Assembly: GCA_030141605.1 (NCBI GenBank)
Contig: JAQGDQ010000014.1
Coordinates: forward strand, 434,001 to 498,000
Source: Tubiluchus corallicola
Taxonomy: Eukaryota; Animalia; Priapulida
Direction of reading: 5' to 3'
Length of the DNA stretch: 64,000 nt
The notes below the pieces were generated by a model, which had not been told where the DNA came from, did no database searches, and saw only the letters and a program-made list of their open reading frames with translations. The position numbers were made by a program, and so were the translations under genes. Below, piece after piece: positions 57,497 to 64,000 of this stretch (position 1 is the first letter of the stretch; every line of letters begins with the position of its first letter).

Positions 57497-58630
57497 GTAA
57501 GTTAAAATGCAACATTTGATAAAATTTATGGCATGCGCAGCTTTGCGCAATGACAAATATCAAACGTATGTTAAAACATAAGTTAATGAAGTTTCCCCGT
57601 GCTCAATATTGTATTCAGTTTAAACAGGCACGTGAGAAAAATATATGAATCCTGTTTGTCGAAGACTTAACAGGAAGTGATAAAGTTCATACAAGCTTTG
57701 ATATGTATTAAATTCTACTCATTTTATCACAAATATGGGCACTAAATAAATTCGGACCCCAAGATTTAATCACGTTGTTCACATATGATAAAGCGTGGTG
57801 ATAGTAGAAATCAGGTTTGCTGCATGTGAAAAAGTTGCTAAATAAACACATTTCCTAAAGCAATTCATGCAAAATTTTAAACCGGGACAGTTACAGATTG
57901 AGCCACTTTTTATGATGTAGAAAAGGAGAAAAAATAATATCAGGGGATCAAAAAGAGTACCACGGTCTCTCCTTTTGGGTCACAGGCTGCTATGATTTTA
58001 TAAACTCTATCAATTTAAGAGCAACAAAGAAAAAGTAAACAATAAACTTTGATCCAAAATATTGGTGCTCCAATATGCTGAAATTGATTCAACAAATTGA
58101 ACACAAGTTTATTGTTCTCGTAGTAACTTTCATTATTGACTTGACGGGTAATTTCTTAAATCTACATCTATTTCTTAGATCCTTTATTTTAAATGTTTCA
58201 AATATATAGCATACATGTTTTGAGGCTACCTCTATGTAATTAATGCATTTAGTCTAGGGGCAAATTAACTAGTAATTGACAGACAACATAATTGCATTAG
58301 AAAATACGAATCAAAGTAAATTTAAAATAGTTTGTATTTAAATGGTAAATATTAGTACTCTGTTAAATATCTAATAGGCCTAGCGCTTGGCTTAATGCAA
58401 CTGCAGACTTTGTTACTGAAATTTAACAAAGTATATATTTGTTACTGATGTGTAACATGGTAATATTAAGCTATTGAACTGGAAATTTTAAATAAATAGG
58501 CGACGATAAAATACAAGTAAAACCGCACAGATTTGACAATGAAAATGAAAGTATTAATTAGTTAATAAAGGAGGATATCATGTATACTATTAATTTTAGC
58601 AAAACATGTTAGCAACTGCCTATTCACTTA

Positions 58631-60271
58631 TCAGCTCGGAGATGGGTGCTGATTCAAAGGCAGAATGCCCAGTTTCATGAAGTAATCAGTAACTTGTCTT
58701 GGCACCTCAGCTAGGACTTCTTTTGCTAACCTCTCCTTGCTGGCCAAAGCAAACTTCCTGAATGGAACAAATTGAACAATGTCTCTCAAAGCCTTCTCCC
58801 CATAGCGTGTCTTTAGTAGTCCATCATCTGAATCCAAAAAATTCATGGCAGTAAAATCAGCAGGGCCCACGCCCACAATAATAATAGACAGCGGCAAACG
58901 AGAAGCATTAACAATGGCGCATGTGGTTTCATCCATATCAGTGATGGCGCCATCTGTTAGTAACAATAGGACATAATACTGTGAAGCATTTCCTTGTGCT
59001 GCCGCTTGAGATGCAAAATTAGCAACGTGGTTAATGATAGGAGCTACATTGGTAGGTCCATATAGCTGCACTTGGGCTACGCAGTTTTGGTAAGCATCTA
59101 AGATGCCCTGTACGCCTGCACAAAATGGATTTGTTGGATTAAAATTGACAGCAAACTCATGTGAGAGTTGCCAGCTGGGAGGTAGTCTAGCTCCAAAACC
59201 AAGAACTGGAAACATTTTGTCTGTATCATAGTCTTGCACTACGTTGCCCACTGCCGTGGTAGCCAGCATATACTCGTTTGGTTGATGTGGATTTATATAG
59301 TGGAGTGAATTGGGATCTAGCGGACTTCCGTTTGATGCCGTAAAATCAAAGCCGACCGTAAAGTTGAGTTGCAATCCTCCAAATATGTAATCCAGGAATG
59401 TATATTCTCTGACCAATTTACATGATATAAGTTCTATAATCCCAGAATTAGTGTATTTCTTTTTCTCCTTCTTCTTTGGATTGATGCATTGAAAGTCTTT
59501 TGATGATTTTTTGGCTGCAGCATCTAGAAGTTCACTTGGCGTTGTGGTAAACTGACCAATGAGGTCATGACTTCCATCACTATCTTCATCAAAACATCGC
59601 ACTAAAATCTCTCGGTCATTGTCGCCCATTGCTAATGTTCTCAGAGAAATCTTTGCAGGCGTCCAGGTAGGATTGAGTGTATTTTGAATTACTTCTGTGC
59701 GATGGACTACCTCATAGTTTTTTGAAGTGGACAGCCTCAAAAATTCTAGGAAAGGATCACTCTTGCTGAGAAAGTCTTTCTTGTCCAGCTTCTTTCCTTT
59801 CCACTGCATGACTAGGAATTCGTTTGGACCTCCTACTTCTTCTACACTCACCTTGATCTTACTGTCCTTAATTGGACTCCCTTTCTTATTCAACAGTAGT
59901 TCCTCATACGGTGTTTTAGATACAATGGTACCTAAAGTCGTTTCCATGTGACCAAGAAAGTCGTCGTCATGTAAACTCACTGTCTTGTTATCAATGTCAT
60001 AGACAGAGAACCGCAATTTTTGCACTTCCTCGAAAAAGTAATCAAGTTCGAACGTTTTTGTAAACTGCGGGTTCAATTCATTTTTTATGTTTTCTGTCCT
60101 GCCGACTTCAAACCATTTCTGTTGATCGTCTTTCATTTCTAGCACTAACATTGGATCACTTTTTGATGACACGTCCTTGTTAAGAAGGTTCGTACACTGC
60201 ATGCGCAATTCTACCTTCAACACAGGACTAAAACCCATCGCGGGAAACTGAGATGATGGGGGCTGTGACAT
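58631..60271 (-). CDS. CPNE: Copine (C2A-C2B-vWA Ca2+-dependent phospholipid-binding protein), CPNE1/3-like, intronless, 546 aa
   Basis: Uninterrupted ORF with KDxxSKSDP in both C2 domains, VYDID..DDDFLG, CFDEDSDGSHDLIG, vWA motifs DFTASNG, YGPTN, LLLTDG, SIIIVGVG, RDIVQFVPFR. ATG at 60271 sits in a perfect GCCACCATG Kozak context; the ORF track starts at an upstream GTG. Confidence 0.96.
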   Translation of the reverse strand: MSQPPSSQFPAMGFSPVLKVELRMQCTNLLNKDVSSKSDPMLVLEMKDDQQKWFEVGRTENIKNELNPQFTKTFELDYFFEEVQKLRFSVYDIDNKTVSLHDDDFLGHMETTLGTIVSKTPYEELLLNKKGSPIKDSKIKVSVEEVGGPNEFLVMQWKGKKLDKKDFLSKSDPFLEFLRLSTSKNYEVVHRTEVIQNTLNPTWTPAKISLRTLAMGDNDREILVRCFDEDSDGSHDLIGQFTTTPSELLDAAAKKSSKDFQCINPKKKEKKKYTNSGIIELISCKLVREYTFLDYIFGGLQLNFTVGFDFTASNGSPLDPNSLHYINPHQPNEYMLATTAVGNVVQDYDTDKMFPVLGFGARLPPSWQLSHEFAVNFNPTNPFCAGVQGILDAYQNCVAQVQLYGPTNVAPIINHVANFASQAAAQGNASQYYVLLLLTDGAITDMDETTCAIVNASRLPLSIIIVGVGPADFTAMNFLDSDDGLLKTRYGEKALRDIVQFVPFRKFALASKERLAKEVLAEVPRQVTDYFMKLGILPLNQHPSPS

Positions 60272-60484
60272 GGTGGCCACAAACAGTATTAAATTTTAGT
60301 CTGCGCTTTAGAACACCTTTAGAAAATGGTCTTGTACGTAATTCACCATCCGACTCCGTAACATACCCGCGTACACACACCGTATAGTAAAAACAGGATA
60401 ATGGCGAACTGAAGGTTACTGCAGCTGAACAGAGCTGCTAGCTTGCTAGTTACTAGCTATGCTTTCGTGTAAACATCCTCACAA

Positions 60485-60494
60485 GTCACGTGAC
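60485..60494. promoter_or_regulatory. Palindromic E-box/CLEAR-type element GTCACGTGAC upstream of copine
   Basis: Exact 10-bp palindrome about 215 bp 5' of the copine ATG, in a locally CpG-richer stretch; function is inferred. Confidence 0.45.
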
Positions 60495-61959
60495 CTGTAG
60501 GCTTACCTAGCTAGGGCAAACTGCTGTAGTTACAGTGTTAAGGCGAACTTTGTATTACTGATCGCTCTGGGATTCTCGGAACGATTTTTATGTTGTAGGC
60601 CTATTCAAAATTGATTGCCAGTCCCAGTTCCTTTAGACAAAGCGTAAGATTTAGTGTAATCGGAGCAAAAAATTTAAAGTATCAATGTTACAGGCAATGA
60701 GTAAAATCTAGACATTTTATAAAATTCTTAGGCATTCCATATTCCTAAATACCTATTCATTTCGAGAAAAGCATGAAATAAGGCTTTTTGCTGCATTTCT
60801 TTCACACCTTACCTATGTGTTTGTTTAATGGCTAGGATTTACGCTGAATGCATAAAATGGCTTGGTTAATGTACTAAACTAAGTGAGTTGTTCAAGTACT
60901 GTAATAATTGTTTTATTGGTAATGGGTGCAACATCACCATCTCTGACATACTGCTCAATTAGGTGGATCACTTTCCATATCTAGGAACTAAGCCTGGACC
61001 GGGGTTCAGTAAAATTCTTATGAACAACTTTTTTAGTAAACTTGTTTGTGCGTAGGAACGTTCTTTAGCACTTTGCATGGATTCATTAACCAATATTTCA
61101 TAAAAATCTTCTTAAATTTGTGCACAGCTAAGAAAATAACATGCAATTTTGCAGGTTGTGCGTAGTTTCGTGCAAGAATTGGTCTCTTGACTGATCAACG
61201 CTATCAGACAAGAGGGCTGACTGAGCAACTTAAATATATGAGAAACAGGCGACTAACGAATGTAACCACCACACAAATTTTCAAACACGTCGGAACATGC
61301 CTTGATTCAAATTCACACATTCCCTAAAATAAGACTGGTATTATACAAAATGCCCAGGAAGCCAGAAAAGTTATTATCAGCAAAATTGAACATTTCTTTT
61401 ACTTTACATTAACTAAAATTTATTCAATAACATTCTACAAAACCCCTAGGAAATGTACATCTAAAACTTAAGCATTACACACTTTACCCATCCAATCTTT
61501 TGCATTTAATTAAATAATGGCAGGAAAAGTGTAGAAGGGACTATTTTAAACACTTTTCCCGGTTTGTTTTGGCATTTCATAAAATACCTAGGCATTTTAT
61601 AGAATACAGTTTCATACTTTGCTTGTAGCATCTACAAATAGGCTTATTATAATGGTATAGTTTTTGATCATACGTTCATAACTCTGTACATTAGCTGTTA
61701 TAGTGTTTTCACTGCATACATTCTTATGACTTTCGTAAGAGTGTTAGTAACATTACGGAAGAATGGTGTTATGAGTGTTCTATACCAGGTCTGATTAGTA
61801 ACCGCATCGGTAACCGTTAGGATGTTGATTTTGCCTATAGTTGAGCACTGGATTTTGGCTTGCAGAGAACTGTGAAGAGAGTTAGATTTAAATATTAAGT
61901 TTAATTTTATGCTGAGGCCTGGATGTTAGTTTACTAAATTTATTTTCTACAATTTTCAG

Positions 61960-62147
61960 AGTACAAAGAGCTGAAATGGGCAATGGAAAATAAGTGCGTT
62001 TCGAGGCACTCTTTCATGGTGGCCATGTCTGTCATGTCAGCGCTGCTGTTCGTGTCTGCTCTCACGACCATCTGCGCATGCGTGCGTAGAAAAGCCGAAC
62101 AAATACACAATGACCAGCCAACAATAGTCTCTCATGAATTGCGATAA
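61960..62147 (+). CDS. ZP-domain protein, terminal exon (juxtamembrane Cys, transmembrane helix, short tail)
   Basis: aattttcag acceptor, phase 1; KYKELKWAMENKCVSRHSFMVAMSVMSALLFVSALTTICACVRRKAEQ...ELR*. 'CVS..F' + TM + basic stop-transfer is typical of cuticlins; AATAAA at 62163-62168. Confidence 0.82.
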
Positions 62148-62162
62148 AAGTGGTTTTTAAGC

Positions 62163-62168
62163 AATAAA
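62163..62168 (+). terminator. Candidate polyadenylation signal of the ZP gene
   Basis: AATAAA 16 nt after the stop codon; a further AATAAA lies near 62408. Confidence 0.4.
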
Positions 62169-62529
62169 ATGTAAATGGCCTTTATAAAACTGCAGCAGGC
62201 TCGATTGCAGTTTCATTTGCAATTTAGATTCTCTCTTACTGAAAAACAGTCCGAGGAATTACAGTGGAAATGCAAAGTAATAGTTGCCTGTACTTACGTG
62301 TGTTTATGTACTGTAAATTTTTACTTAGTTCGATAGTGATGATAGCGAATATTTCATTCTAATAATGAGACATGTTTGTTGAGTATTTTGATCGAACTCG
62401 TATCAAACAATAAATATCTGCACATGGGGGTAACGATAACTTTATTTTTTACTGATTATTAAAACTTATTAAAAGTGCTAGAGTCCTACAGTAGAAACTG
62501 AAGCCAAATTTTACTTAGAGCGGTCAATC

Positions 62530-62968
62530 CAGGGCCGGATTAATTAACGCATAAGCAGACTAAGCACGTGCTCAGGTCATCAAGGCTCAGGGGCACTAAG
62601 TTGGCAAAAAATAAATTGAAAACGCATAAAATGTTAATAAAGCATGTTAAAGACCCCGAAGACCCTTACACAGTTCAAAATGTGAGGTAGAGAGCTACAG
62701 GACAGTGATTAATTTTTTGCACCATAACTTTTTGTTGCTGGTTTATTTAATTAAATTTAAAGTCAATAAAGACTTAAAATGGCATAAATCCTATAGGCCT
62801 ACAGAGCAATGGAGTTTGTTTTATATATCATGTTGCATAATTTGTATCTCATAACACGCAGTGCTTTGAACCGCAAAACGTACACGCGGTGTTATGGGGC
62901 AAAAGAGAGAGGCGGGCACCAGATGCTGTGTGTGCTTAGGGCACCATACATACCTTAATCCGGCCATG
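62530..62968. mobile_element. hAT-type MITE
   Basis: TIRs cagggccggatta / taatccggccatg (12 of 13 match); degenerate 8-bp target duplication ggtcaatc / ggctaatc (6 of 8). Confidence 0.7.
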
Positions 62969-64000
62969 GGCTAATCTTACCATAGGCAAATCTAATCTTA
63001 AAATATCTGGCCTGCATCATTAGTTTCTAGAACTGACAAAATCTATTATTTAAAACAGCATATATTTTTGAATAATTACATCCATGCATTCAAAACTGTG
63101 ACATCAGCTATAAAAAACGAAGATTAGCGGACAACATCGGCTGTTGTTTAAGCAATATTTTAGATAGTATCTAAATTACAGGCTGGACACAAAAGAAGCC
63201 CTTTTTAAGATGCAATAGGGCCTTGAATTTTTATCCAATTTGTATGTAAATTTAACAGAATATACTATAAACATTTTAGCTTTTATCTACATTTTTTGTT
63301 AAAAATAGTCCATAAACTAAACATTTTATGCTTGATTACTGTCACTAAGCCCACAAAAATAAATGAAACTAAGCATTAGTACGACTGTATTGTGTTTATT
63401 GACTCACTAATTTTGTTTTATTCATTTTATTCATTTGCTCACTTTCTCAGATTTCTAAATCTTAAAAAATGAACCTGTGCCATGACACCAACTCTTTTTA
63501 GCAATATGACGGCCAAAGTGGCGTCCAAAGTAGCGCTTTTTAGACGTTCTGCTTTGTATAGTCGTGCAAAATGTTTTTTTTAAAGATTCTAAAGGTTTTG
63601 AGTTCGAATATCAACATCCAATAAGGCGACGAATGGTGTCGAAAATAACACCAGCAGCGTAGGTGACCCTCAGTTAGCATGAAATATATAAGAAGAAACG
63701 TGGTGTCAACATGGGATATTAAAAACATTTTCATTAGATAAAACGATTCACCGACACCCTTTATAACAGCTTGCCAAAGAACTTGCGTACGCTTTTTACC
63801 ACTTTTTGCACGAAATCTCATTTATGAAACAGGCTCCCGAAAAACATGTTGTTATATAAGACAGTTTGCAAAAAGCAGCAGCTATCTAATGCGAACGCAC
63901 ATAAGTTGGACAATAATGCACAAAGTGATATTCTGTGATCTCATTGCTGTTTTCCGGAAAAGGTTTTTCAGAAGTGTATAGGACAATTTACATTTTTACC

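Noticed and set aside
55915-57519. 534-aa ORF as a standalone orphan gene
   Set aside because: An in-frame acceptor at 55872 supplies the last ZP cysteine and a donor at 57497 links to the TM exon; it is an internal exon.
60272-60280. GTG start for copine given by the ORF track
   Set aside because: The eukaryotic start is the ATG at 60271 in GCCACCATG context.

Overview
AT-rich genomic DNA from an invertebrate animal, probably a spiralian such as a mollusc or annelid (inferred from Meta-domain SINE, TTAGGG-bearing repeats and a cuticlin-type ZP gene). It is not prokaryotic. Three protein-coding genes were reconstructed by hand from splice sites and reading-frame phases. (1) The last two coding exons of a NALF/FAM155 (NALCN auxiliary factor, NLF-1/Mid1-like) gene on + (37427-37586, 40139-40458). 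Its 5' exon(s) were not found, so 1-37426 is probably one very large intron full of microsatellites, decayed transposons and GC-richer enhancer-like islands. (2) A complete 9-exon cuticlin/dusky-like ZP-domain gene on + (46180-62147, about 907 aa) with an unusual ~500-aa polar spacer before the furin site. (3) An intronless copine (C2-C2-vWA) gene on - (58631-60271), nested antisense in the last intron of the ZP gene. The most notable structures are this nested retrogene-like copine, a 705-bp + 138-bp duplication footprint around the NALF exon that reads as tandem duplication followed by deletion of the extra frameshifting exon, and four exact CTCF-like 10-mers in convergent orientation. No new multi-gene system can be claimed from sequence alone.
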